The notes under the pieces were generated by a model. It was not told the DNA's origin. It did not search any database and saw nothing but the letters and a program-made list of their open reading frames with translations. A stretch of 52,656 bases of DNA, taken from positions 1-52,656 of IMG/VR virus record IMGVR_UViG_3300011335_000305; one strand, given 5' to 3'. Shown in pieces: positions 19,226 through 27,423 of the stretch. Made by a program: the position numbers and the translations under genes. This DNA is from a virus (Duplodnaviria > Caudoviricetes). How positions within the stretch are numbered: position 1 is the stretch's first letter; every line of letters begins with the position of its first letter.

Positions 19226-19486
19226 ATGGATATTAAATTTTTTGCAGATCCTGCACATGGATGGGGTGAAGTGCCGATTAGCCTGATTAAAGAATTGGGC
19301 ATAGCTGACCAAATAAGCCACTACTCTTATATGAAAGGTGATAACGCATACCTTGAGGAAGACTGTGATCTGTCAGTCCTTATGAACGCCTTAGAAGCGC
19401 AAGGCATTACTGCCAATTTTGTTGAAGTATGGACAAACAACGATAGTCCAGTGCGTAGGTATCAGAGTTTTAAATTATCAAACTGA
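19226..19486 (+). CDS. Early hypothetical protein
   Basis: Start MDIKFFADPAHGW after GGAG; YLEEDCD motif; stop codon inside the HH3 core. Confidence 0.75.
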   Translation: MDIKFFADPAHGWGEVPISLIKELGIADQISHYSYMKGDNAYLEEDCDLSVLMNALEAQGITANFVEVWTNNDSPVRRYQSFKLSN

Positions 19487-19527
19487 TGAGCCTGTAAGGG
19501 CGAAACTGGCGTGAGCCAGTCTTTGAT
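19477..19527 (+). ncRNA. Type I hammerhead ribozyme HH3
   Basis: Stem I ATCAAA/TTTGAT, CTGATGA, stem II GCCT-GTAA-GGGC, GAAA, stem III CTGGC-GTGA-GCCAG, GTC cleavage after 19521. Confidence 0.93.
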
Positions 19528-19549
19528 TAACTTGCTAGGAGAAATTATT

Positions 19550-20080
19550 ATGCCAAATTGGTGCTATAACAATTTAACGATTGATGGAACGACAAAGGGT
19601 GGAAAGATTCTTGCTGAAGCTTTTAGACCGAAATATCCGATGGATGATGGAACATTGGATGCAAATCCTTTCCAAGACTTGATGCCGATTCCTGAAGATT
19701 TACGCATTGTATCAGGGTGGTTTGGTGATGGGACTGACAAACAGAATGAAATGCAAAAGCTATACGAAGCCAATAAGGAAAAGTATGGTTTTGAGAATTG
19801 GTATCACTGGTGCATAGCAAATTGGGGAACGAAGTGGGATGCCACTGTTCAGGATTTTGATGACAACAATATCAATGATATTCGTGTTTACTTTGAGACG
19901 GCTTGGAGTCCACCATTGGACTTTTTGAGTTGGTTCTGCGAACAACATCCTGATACAGTTTTTACCCTTAACTACGATGAAGAGGGTTGTTCGTTTGAGG
20001 GTGAAACTACCCATAATCCTGAAGATGGTTTTGTTGACAATTGTTGGACACCTGAAATGGCCTTGGAGGATGCAGAATGA
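19550..20080 (+). CDS. DUF1281 / YubB (Api92-like) ferredoxin-fold protein
   Basis: MPNWCYN start, WYHWCIANWGTKWD and FETAWSPP motifs. Confidence 0.8.
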   Translation: MPNWCYNNLTIDGTTKGGKILAEAFRPKYPMDDGTLDANPFQDLMPIPEDLRIVSGWFGDGTDKQNEMQKLYEANKEKYGFENWYHWCIANWGTKWDATVQDFDDNNINDIRVYFETAWSPPLDFLSWFCEQHPDTVFTLNYDEEGCSFEGETTHNPEDGFVDNCWTPEMALEDAE

Positions 20081-20364
20081 ATATTTGCGAAGATGGCTAT
20101 TCAGGTAATAACGATCCGTTCTTTCAAGAAATATCAGATGATTGCGATGAAATTCAAATGATTCCCGATACTCTTGATGATGGTTCAGTGGTGGTTAATT
20201 TCGATGTTTACGACAAAGAAAATAACGAAGTAATCAAGACTGGTGGATATGTTCTCATTCGCAAGGAAGAGGATCTGAAAGATTTTTACATTTGTGTATT
20301 TAACAAAGATGGTGATCAAATGTCTCAAACCCGATTGCCGTTTGACTGGTTAAGTCTTGACTAG
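20077..20364 (+). CDS. Acidic early hypothetical protein
   Basis: 95 aa, coupled ATGA overlap. Confidence 0.65.
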   Translation: MNICEDGYSGNNDPFFQEISDDCDEIQMIPDTLDDGSVVVNFDVYDKENNEVIKTGGYVLIRKEEDLKDFYICVFNKDGDQMSQTRLPFDWLSLD

Positions 20365-20435
20365 TGCAGTAATCCTGATGCCCAGTTGGGCATTGGGATT
20401 GCCATTGGGGTGATCATAACTGCTAGGAGATTAGT

Positions 20436-20747
20436 ATGGATTTTCAAAGAGATTTAAAAGTTGGCGAGTATGTTTTGATGGGTTGTGGGACAGATAACAA
20501 CGGCAAAAGGGATCAAATTTCTGCTTTATGCTATTGGCGTAACAGTCCTGACAAAGCCAAAAACATATGCATGAGATTTGGGAAAGTAATAAAGGCGATG
20601 TGTATTACTTGTTAAGGGTTGAACGAGTTTGTATGTTCGGGCAGTTACCCAATGGTTATTGATCTTCCCAAGCCTGTTGAAAGGGTTAATTTGACACTGG
20701 AAAAAGCCGAAGGCGATGACTGGAATGTTTTCCAAGGGGATGAGTAA
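20436..20747 (+). pseudogene. Interrupted early gene
   Basis: Strong leader and ATG at 20436; one in-frame TAA at 20613-20615; the same frame resumes to a stop at 20747 that overlaps the next ATG. Confidence 0.5.
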
Positions 20748-20965
20748 TGGCGTTTGAAGTTCAGCACTATACCCTGTGTGACGGATGGATTAACTGTTGG
20801 TCAACAATTGTGGACGGCAAGGAAATGCCGTCTATTTATAACACATACATGGATGCATTGAATGCCCTGTCTGACTTCATATCGCAAGAGCATGAAGCGT
20901 ATAGAGAGGGCGCAATTGATTCTATGTATGATGCCAGTGAATTTCGAATAATGGAGATTATATGA
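20747..20965 (+). CDS. Early hypothetical protein
   Basis: 72 aa; EVQHYTLCDGWINCW motif. Confidence 0.7.
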   Translation: MAFEVQHYTLCDGWINCWSTIVDGKEMPSIYNTYMDALNALSDFISQEHEAYREGAIDSMYDASEFRIMEII

Positions 20966-21270
20966 GCATTAGAGAAAAGGTGATTTCAGCATTGGTTAAA
21001 AACGATTTAGAGGATTGGTTTTCCAAAGAAGATATGCATGACTACTTTTCGCTTTTATTGAAAAGTGGTTTTGTTGGGTATGAAAATCAAGAATCTATCG
21101 ATTTGATTCAAGAAATAAAAGATCGGTGCATAGTCAATACAAAGCCAAACGCAGATTGCAATACTTGTAATTCTGATGATCGTTATATTTGTATTGAGTG
21201 CGAACATAACCAAGTAATTGATTATTTTGAAAAAGAGGAAGTATGGTCATGGTTAAAGGAAAGTATATGA
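20962..21270 (+). CDS. Early hypothetical protein with CxxC pairs
   Basis: 102 aa; CNTC...CIEC. Confidence 0.65.
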   Translation: MSIREKVISALVKNDLEDWFSKEDMHDYFSLLLKSGFVGYENQESIDLIQEIKDRCIVNTKPNADCNTCNSDDRYICIECEHNQVIDYFEKEEVWSWLKESI

Positions 21271-21596
21271 AGATGAATAAGCCAAGGAAAACTTACTTTA
21301 CGACTGATGGGTTTAAACCACCAATTTGGTTTTCGGGATTGTCTTATGGTGAAAGATGGAACGGATGGGCAATTCCCTACTTCACCAAGGAAGTGGCATT
21401 GAAAATTGTGGCGCAGATGCCAAGTAATTTACGCTATTCCGAAGATATTGATGCATTTGTTTACAACGATCTTGAAGCCACTGGCGATGAAAGTTGCAAC
21501 GAATATTTTGGCGCAGATTACATTGATGGCGAGAAATACTATTCCATTGGTGGATGCAGTTGGTGTTGGGATGAAGTTGTTGAGGAGGAAGTATGA
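21243..21596 (+). CDS. Early hypothetical protein
   Basis: RWNGWAIPYF and YSIGGCSWCW motifs; true start may be slightly downstream. Confidence 0.7.
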   Translation: MVMVKGKYMKMNKPRKTYFTTDGFKPPIWFSGLSYGERWNGWAIPYFTKEVALKIVAQMPSNLRYSEDIDAFVYNDLEATGDESCNEYFGADYIDGEKYYSIGGCSWCWDEVVEEEV

Positions 21597-21792
21597 ACCA
21601 AGACCTAGCAATTGCTTTTAACAGGGCTAGATATTTTAAGAAAAAAATAATTATTGAATATCGAGAACACAACAATAGTATTTATTAAAGTCAAATTAAT
21701 TATCGTGAGGCTGATTCAATGGAAGATTTTAAGGAACGAATGGCAAAATCAGGCACTTTAATTTCTTACGCAAAAATATACACGGAGGACAT

Positions 21793-21990
21793 ATGAAAGC
21801 ATTTCAATGGATTGACAAAAGCAATACTCGTAGGCGTAAACCACCTTACCTACAAGGATACGAAGATGGTTATATGCAATTAGAAATGCGTGATGGCGAA
21901 CTTTATGATGTTGATAAAGATAAAATTATGTATGGCGAAGGCTATGACGATGGCGCTTGGGGTAAACCTAATCAATTGGAGAAAGAATGA
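21793..21990 (+). CDS. Early hypothetical protein
   Basis: 65 aa, GGAGG SD, GYEDG/GYDDG repeats. Confidence 0.65.
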   Translation: MKAFQWIDKSNTRRRKPPYLQGYEDGYMQLEMRDGELYDVDKDKIMYGEGYDDGAWGKPNQLEKE

Positions 21991-22169
21991 AAGAATACAC
22001 GAAACAAAGGAAATCGAAGCGAGAACGAGAAGCTACTGCTAATTCGTTGTTGAGTAGGGTTTTATCTAGCGATACATTTGCACAAAAGATCGAAGCGATA
22101 CGAGAAACTAATCCGTATTTTTATTTATTAACACCAAAGAAGGAGAGTCATGATGAAAGTAATGATTGA
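21987..22169 (+). CDS. Early hypothetical protein
   Basis: 60 aa coupled ORF. Confidence 0.55.
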   Translation: MKEYTKQRKSKREREATANSLLSRVLSSDTFAQKIEAIRETNPYFYLLTPKKESHDESND

Positions 22170-22416
22170 AATAAATTTACCTGATGGTCAGGCAATACCA
22201 ACGGAAAGTGATATTAAGCGTTTGACGAGTCCTGATTGGATTGCATCATGGTGGCATATTGACGATGTAAAAAGCTTAAACAAAAAATTAACCAAGCAAG
22301 AATGTAGGGATGTTCTTGACATAGTTAATCATCGACATGATGCCAATGTTGGTATTAATTGGGATTTTATTCAGTATTACATTGATCAAGTTATTGAGGA
22401 AAGGGAAGAGGCATGA
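22150..22416 (+). CDS. Early hypothetical protein
   Basis: WHIDDV...HDANVGINWD motif; AAGGAG SD. Confidence 0.7.
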   Translation: MMKVMIEINLPDGQAIPTESDIKRLTSPDWIASWWHIDDVKSLNKKLTKQECRDVLDIVNHRHDANVGINWDFIQYYIDQVIEEREEA

Positions 22417-22598
22417 TTACGGAAAAGGAAGTAAAGAAAGGTGGCTACACTGTGTTGCCCGAAGGTGGGTGGATTCGGATTGATCCTGAAACAATGCCAC
22501 ACGATTGGGAAAACATTTGTTCAGGATTTGGTATTGATCCTGATTGCAAAAGCGCAATATTGTGCGTAGTCGGTGTTAAAGAAGAGTGGGAGAAATAA
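22413..22598 (+). CDS. Early hypothetical protein
   Basis: 61 aa coupled ORF. Confidence 0.6.
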   Translation: MITEKEVKKGGYTVLPEGGWIRIDPETMPHDWENICSGFGIDPDCKSAILCVVGVKEEWEK

Positions 22599-22888
22599 TG
22601 TATAAAGCAAAACCTACATTCTTTGGCAATCCTGATCGTGGGCAAGATCCCAAGCGTAGACCATATGGCGTAGAGATCAGGGCTTTACAAGGTGAAACCA
22701 TGTCTGAACTACTTGATGATTTTGACAAATGGAGAATGGATAACCCCAATATTGGTGGTGGTAACTGGGGAACTTGTAAAGTCTACAAGGACACTAAGCT
22801 TTTCGGTTACATGAGTTGGAACGGAAGAATTTGGGATAGAGATGTTTGGTCAGATCAAGCAAAGGAACTTAAAGATGAAACGATATGA
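22598..22888 (+). CDS. Early hypothetical protein
   Basis: GNPDRGQDP...IGGGNW...MSWNGRIW motif; likely start MYKAK. Confidence 0.7.
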   Translation: MYKAKPTFFGNPDRGQDPKRRPYGVEIRALQGETMSELLDDFDKWRMDNPNIGGGNWGTCKVYKDTKLFGYMSWNGRIWDRDVWSDQAKELKDETI

Positions 22889-23042
22889 AGTAATATTTTA
22901 TACAACACGAGAAATAAATGTAACAGTGGATGTGCCTAATGGCGAAGATCCGATGACATATGCTTGGGACGAAGTGGAGTTTGCGCCAAACGAAGAAGTA
23001 ATCGAGACTGATTGTCGTGAGGTAGATCCTAATGAATCTTAA
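22875..23042 (+). CDS. Early hypothetical protein
   Basis: Acidic ORF starting MKRYEV after AAGGA. Confidence 0.55.
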   Translation: MKRYEVIFYTTREINVTVDVPNGEDPMTYAWDEVEFAPNEEVIETDCREVDPNES

Positions 23043-23313
23043 AGAATGCCAAGGCAGAGTGCCTGTTTTCGTTGGTGGGGATTCCCCTTTTCAACTAGTT
23101 GATTTCCCTACTAGGAAACAGTTTGACGAACTTTACAGAACGAGTAACGAAGAGTTTAGGGATAGGTATTGGGATGTTCTTAAAATGCGAACAAAGGGGT
23201 ATAGTTTGACCGATGTAGGCAAAAAATACCTTTTGACTCGTGAAAGGATCAGGCAGATTGAAGCTAAGTTTTTAAGGAAAGTAGCAACTTCTTTAAGGAC
23301 TGAGACGCTTTGA
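23032..23313 (+). CDS. Sigma70 region-4-like HTH protein
   Basis: GYSLTDVGKKYLLTRERIRQIEAKFLRK. Confidence 0.8.
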   Translation: MNLKECQGRVPVFVGGDSPFQLVDFPTRKQFDELYRTSNEEFRDRYWDVLKMRTKGYSLTDVGKKYLLTRERIRQIEAKFLRKVATSLRTETL

Positions 23314-24085
23314 AATTGCCGACTCTTCTATGGTAATCATTGAAATCTTCCCCGACTGTTTCGGAGAGCCAATAAGGTTTGCCTGTTTCTTTGGCAGTAG
23401 TTTCTCCGACACTGTTGGGGTCATTATCAGCAACAATGATCCCTTGCCCGATGTTCCCCGATACGAACTTCATATTACTTGCACTAAAGCACACATAGAT
23501 TGTGTAAGGAATGTTAGTTTGACTCATGGACTGCCGAATAGACAATCCAGTAGCATACCCCTCGCAAAGTATGGAAGTCCCTTTTGTGCCAATAACAAAG
23601 GTTGCGCCTTTGCTTGTTTGACCATAGAGGAACTTTTTATGCCCCTCGTCATTTATGAGTTGGCATCCTACCAGTCTGCCGTCTATTCGCATGGGAATTA
23701 CTAAAGTTTTTTTGTCGCCATCTATTAATACATTCCCTTCTTCGTTGACGAAGCCTTTTTTGATCAAATAGGGATGCGTATCAAGGTATGTTTGAGATAG
23801 CAAGTCTTCAGCTTTTTTGGCAGCCTTTTGCGCTTCGTCATTCCTTTTTTGCATAGACTCCTTGATACGGACTCTTACTTCTGTTGACGAAGACTTACCA
23901 TCTGAAAACCAAGTAACTGGCTTCTCCATTGTTGCCCAGTTTTGCACCCACCCAACATTACCTAAAAACTTATACCGACCATTCCTTGATCTTGGGTGGT
24001 CTTCTGTTGGCGTTGCTACCCATTTGTCGTAGACAAGACCACTCATGATTAACCCATGTTGCCTTGCAAATTCTTCAAATATCAT
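23264..24085 (-). CDS. Toprim-domain primase-like protein
   Basis: LVIPM...GCQLI...KKFLYG, LCEGYATGLS, IVADND and DFND Toprim motifs. Confidence 0.85.
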   Translation of the reverse strand: MIFEEFARQHGLIMSGLVYDKWVATPTEDHPRSRNGRYKFLGNVGWVQNWATMEKPVTWFSDGKSSSTEVRVRIKESMQKRNDEAQKAAKKAEDLLSQTYLDTHPYLIKKGFVNEEGNVLIDGDKKTLVIPMRIDGRLVGCQLINDEGHKKFLYGQTSKGATFVIGTKGTSILCEGYATGLSIRQSMSQTNIPYTIYVCFSASNMKFVSGNIGQGIIVADNDPNSVGETTAKETGKPYWLSETVGEDFNDYHRRVGNFKASQSLKKLLLSLKT

Positions 24086-25566
24086 CTTTTCCCCATTTTG
24101 TTTTGGCGTTTACTCCAAATAATATTTCTGTGTTTAATCCATTTTTGAGTAGCTTCTGACGGGATCTTGGTTATCTCTCTTAGTCCCCTAGGCCATACGC
24201 CAAACCTATCTCGATACTTATTACTTGCCCAATATGGGTTGTATTCTTTTTGTTTGGCAATGTGCAGTAACTCTGAATAAAAATCTTGTTTGATCTCTTT
24301 TGGCACTTTATTGTTAAACCCAAGCTCGATCAGCTCACCTTCAACGGCTTCTATCTGCTTTCTTTGCTTGACATAGCCACAGATTACACAAGAAAGACTA
24401 TTCCTTGCCCATAGAGCCGAGCATTTTGGGCATTTTGACTCGGCTTTGATAGTTTCTGACGGTTCTTTCTTTGCTTTTTCAATATGTTCATCAAGAGTTT
24501 TAACGCCATTGGCGTAGATTTCTTCCCATTCATCCCTGAATCGTAGGTAATTGCCTGAATGATCGAGCCACAAAGCATATTCTTTTGTCGGATAGCTACG
24601 CATAACTCTGCCTAATTGTTGAATATGACTTGACAAAGACTTGGCAAATGGACGAGCCGAAACTCCTATCATTACATCGGGAACATCAAACCCCCTTGTC
24701 AGAATATCAGTGGCAATTAAGCCATGAATTTCTGTATCAGGTTTAGAAAAATCCTCGATTACTTCTTGCTTGTATTCGGAGTTATCCAAGTAGGATATGC
24801 TAATAAAGTTATAGCCTTTCCTTGCAAACTGTTCCACTAAGTCTTGTCCATGCGCTACTCCGGCACAGAAAACAATGGTCTTTCTTGGTCTACCAAAGAT
24901 TTCATAGGTCTTTTTCTCCCATTCAGCCACAATATCACCAGTAATCTTCATGCCACGCTCAGTTACTTGGTCAGGACTCCACTCTCCAGCTATCTTTTTA
25001 ACACCTGTCATGTCGATTTCTTTTGAAATGAACACTCTCAGTGGTGCTAACCAGTCATTGTTGACCAAACTTTCCGTTGTTGCACCACAAACCACATTTG
25101 AATAGATGTTACCCAAGCCTGTAGTAAATGGCGTAGCAGTCAACCCAATAACTTTAATCTTTTCATTGGTTTTAATGATGTTTGTTATCTGTTGACGAGT
25201 AATGTGGCATTCGTCAACAATCAATAAATCAATGTCAGGGAAGTTTTGCCGTCTTTCCAGTGTTTGCGAAGAGCAAATTTGTATCTTCTTAGTAATATCT
25301 TTCTTGTAGTGGTCAGCCTGTAAAACCCCATGATCTAAATTATATTTCGTTAGACGAAGACTTGTTTGATCAATCAGAACAATACGGTCTAGGATCATCG
25401 CAGAACGCTTGTATTTGTCTGCCGTAGCCTTCATTAAGAAGATAGCCACCTCTGTCTTGCCAAAGCCTGTAGGAGCGTATAGCAACTGTGTTCGATGACC
25501 ATCTTTAAAGCCTTGGCGCAATGCATCAACCACACCGATTTGGTGTTCACGCAATTCGAGTTCCAT
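24082..25566 (-). CDS. Superfamily 2 DNA helicase
   Basis: APTGFGKT, IVDECH, GLTATP, GFDVPD, QQLGRVMR, C-terminal CxxC pairs. Confidence 0.92.
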   Translation of the reverse strand: MELELREHQIGVVDALRQGFKDGHRTQLLYAPTGFGKTEVAIFLMKATADKYKRSAMILDRIVLIDQTSLRLTKYNLDHGVLQADHYKKDITKKIQICSSQTLERRQNFPDIDLLIVDECHITRQQITNIIKTNEKIKVIGLTATPFTTGLGNIYSNVVCGATTESLVNNDWLAPLRVFISKEIDMTGVKKIAGEWSPDQVTERGMKITGDIVAEWEKKTYEIFGRPRKTIVFCAGVAHGQDLVEQFARKGYNFISISYLDNSEYKQEVIEDFSKPDTEIHGLIATDILTRGFDVPDVMIGVSARPFAKSLSSHIQQLGRVMRSYPTKEYALWLDHSGNYLRFRDEWEEIYANGVKTLDEHIEKAKKEPSETIKAESKCPKCSALWARNSLSCVICGYVKQRKQIEAVEGELIELGFNNKVPKEIKQDFYSELLHIAKQKEYNPYWASNKYRDRFGVWPRGLREITKIPSEATQKWIKHRNIIWSKRQNKMGKR

Positions 25567-25569
25567 GAT

Positions 25570-26391
25570 TTACTTCTTTTTTTGCAGAGATTTGATTTGA
25601 CGAATCAATTCAGCATTTCTTGACTGATACATGTCTCTGCTATCTCTTAAAGTTTTGTTTTCCATTTCTAAGATCTTGATCGTCTCTCGCAACTCTTTTA
25701 CTGTGTCCTGTATGTCCTCTATTTCGATGTCTGTGGCATCTTCCCATCGATTAGAGGCGATAATGTCTTTCAGTTTGGCATTCTCATCATCCAAGTTCTC
25801 TATCGTTGTAGACAGTTCTTTTAACTGGTCTTCAGTTTTGTCATAAACTGGCTTTTCTTCAGCAACATTTGTCTTTAATGATTGCGTGTTTACTTTTATT
25901 TCTTTTTTGTTTTTATCAATATATATTTTTTCAGTAGTAAATTCCTTTAACTTTTTAGCTTCAATCATTGCCAACTTGACACGACCAACAGTCATTGCAG
26001 ATACTTTTATTTTTTTGGCAATCATGGTGTTGGTGTAATTTTTATACACAGGATGATTGAACATAATTTCAATGGCATGACGATTATCAGCATGGCTTGG
26101 TCTTAAGCCGTTGTCTCCGTTTGCCGTCAATGAAAAGTCTAATGCATCATCTTTAGTGCCTTGACGAAGATCAACATCTACAGAGACAGTGCCATTTTTC
26201 TTATTGGCAAAGTATCTGTGAAAGCCTGATGAAAGCCAGTAATCAGAGCCGTCATGGAAGACAACCATTAAAGGAAATTGATGCCCTTCCTTCATGAGTT
26301 CAGCGTATTCGTCTACGGCTTGTGTATTTAATTCTTTACGAGTTTGTGTGCCACCGTCTGTACGAATGGCTAATAAATTCAAAGTTTTCAT
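25570..26391 (-). CDS. ParB/Srx-domain protein with HTH and coiled coil
   Basis: TQTR...VDEYAE...YWLSSGFHRY ParB-like motif; NTMIAKKIKVSAMTVGRV HTH. Confidence 0.75.
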   Translation of the reverse strand: MKTLNLLAIRTDGGTQTRKELNTQAVDEYAELMKEGHQFPLMVVFHDGSDYWLSSGFHRYFANKKNGTVSVDVDLRQGTKDDALDFSLTANGDNGLRPSHADNRHAIEIMFNHPVYKNYTNTMIAKKIKVSAMTVGRVKLAMIEAKKLKEFTTEKIYIDKNKKEIKVNTQSLKTNVAEEKPVYDKTEDQLKELSTTIENLDDENAKLKDIIASNRWEDATDIEIEDIQDTVKELRETIKILEMENKTLRDSRDMYQSRNAELIRQIKSLQKKK

Positions 26392-26417
26392 TTTCTCTCC
26401 TAGCAGTTGGAAATTCC

Positions 26418-26446
26418 AGTTTATTAAAAATTACAGATTAAAGCAA
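26418..26446 (-). promoter_or_regulatory. Sigma70-like promoter for the ParB-helicase-primase unit
   Basis: TTGCTT-N17-TAAACT, followed within about 10 nt by AACTGCTAGGAG. Confidence 0.55.
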
Positions 26447-26863
26447 GACTATTTCAACAAATTTGTCTTTGGGTACATCATAAAAATATTCTCCGTCAGC
26501 TATCCTCCTGTTGGGTATCTCCATCAACGGACTTGCCAGTATCTCTTTAACATTGATATACCAAGCTTTTGACAGACTTTTGTTGATGACAAAGTAAACC
26601 GTTGGCATATCGTTGTCGAATAACTTCTTCTTCCGTTGGGGAATGTGTATAGTCCTAAATGGGCAATCTTCCCAGTCCCGCATTTCAACCTCGGCATAAC
26701 CGATTGGTACAGAAAACTCATTCTCAATTAATAAATCTACCTTGTATTTGTCATATGGCAGAGCCGTATAGTCCCATCTGTTCTTGAGATAAGTTGTCAA
26801 CGCTTCCCTTGCCGGTGGATCGCATTGATCATGGATGTATTGGTCGAATGGTTTAATTTTCAT
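26438..26863 (-). CDS. Putative PD-(D/E)xK nuclease-fold protein
   Basis: YKVDLL...YAEVE motif; 141 aa. Confidence 0.5.
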   Translation of the reverse strand: MKIKPFDQYIHDQCDPPAREALTTYLKNRWDYTALPYDKYKVDLLIENEFSVPIGYAEVEMRDWEDCPFRTIHIPQRKKKLFDNDMPTVYFVINKSLSKAWYINVKEILASPLMEIPNRRIADGEYFYDVPKDKFVEIVLL

Positions 26864-27225
26864 AAGTAAAAAGACAATAGTTTCCCCAAGGGTGATAAGC
26901 CCTCATCCATTACGAAGTAACTATCGCAACTAATGCTCCCTAAGGTAATGTTCAATCGTCATAGTAGTTGTCTCACCTCTGTCCACTATAACTTGTGTGA
27001 TACCCATTTAAGTCCACGAGGCACGCTATCGGGTGAAGGATCAGCCTATGTTCTATTCCACGCAACCCATGTAGGTTCTTGATATCGTTTGGAGTACGTC
27101 AGTACTAGGAATGACACACAAAATGGCATAAATTTATACACATGAAACTAAAGTATATAAAAATATTCAATTTGTTTTCAGAGAATTGTTTCAGTCTCCG
27201 GTGTCATTCCTAGCAGTTGAGCCTA

Positions 27226-27255
27226 CAGATTAAACTATTTTTAAATATTTTGCAA
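27226..27255 (-). promoter_or_regulatory. Sigma70-like promoter
   Basis: TTGCAA-N17-TAATCT; spacer shares 14 bp with the sRNA promoter spacer. Confidence 0.5.
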
Positions 27256-27260
27256 CAGAT

Positions 27261-27299
27261 AAAAAGAAAGAACCCCAAATTTTTTAGATATGGGGTTCT
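27261..27299 (-). terminator. Rho-independent terminator of the sRNA
   Basis: AGAACCCCA/TGGGGTTCT stem followed by TTCTTTTT on the minus strand. Confidence 0.75.
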
Positions 27300-27387
27300 G
27301 GGTGTGGATAAGCAGGCATCCATGCCATCATTTGATTAACCCTGCTAGGAGTAGACACCAGATTGATGGCAGTACATGGGTTTGTAC
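27261..27387 (-). ncRNA. Putative trans-acting antisense sRNA
   Basis: Own promoter and terminator; stem TGCCATCA/TGATGGCA encloses a loop with CTCCTAGCAGGGTTAATCAAA, complementary to early-gene leaders. Confidence 0.7.
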
Positions 27388-27393
27388 CTACTA

Positions 27394-27423
27394 AGTATAG
27401 TGTATTTTTAAATATTGTGTCAA
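27394..27423 (-). promoter_or_regulatory. Sigma70-like promoter of the sRNA
   Basis: TTGACA-N18-TATACT. Confidence 0.75.

Noticed and set aside
19511-19549. GTG start for the 189-aa ORF in the track
   Set aside because: It lies in the HH3 stem III loop; the SD and MPNWC motif point to ATG 19550.
20369-20402. Fourth hammerhead (contains CTGATG)
   Set aside because: No CTGANGA/GAAA core or three-way junction; folds as a single hairpin.
17129-20429. CRISPR-like array from recurring intergenic motifs
   Set aside because: Spacing is about 1 kb with genes in between; explained by ribozymes and leaders.
23264-23313. Convergent gene overlaps (also 34091-34125)
   Set aside because: Short tail-to-tail overlaps are common in compact phage genomes.
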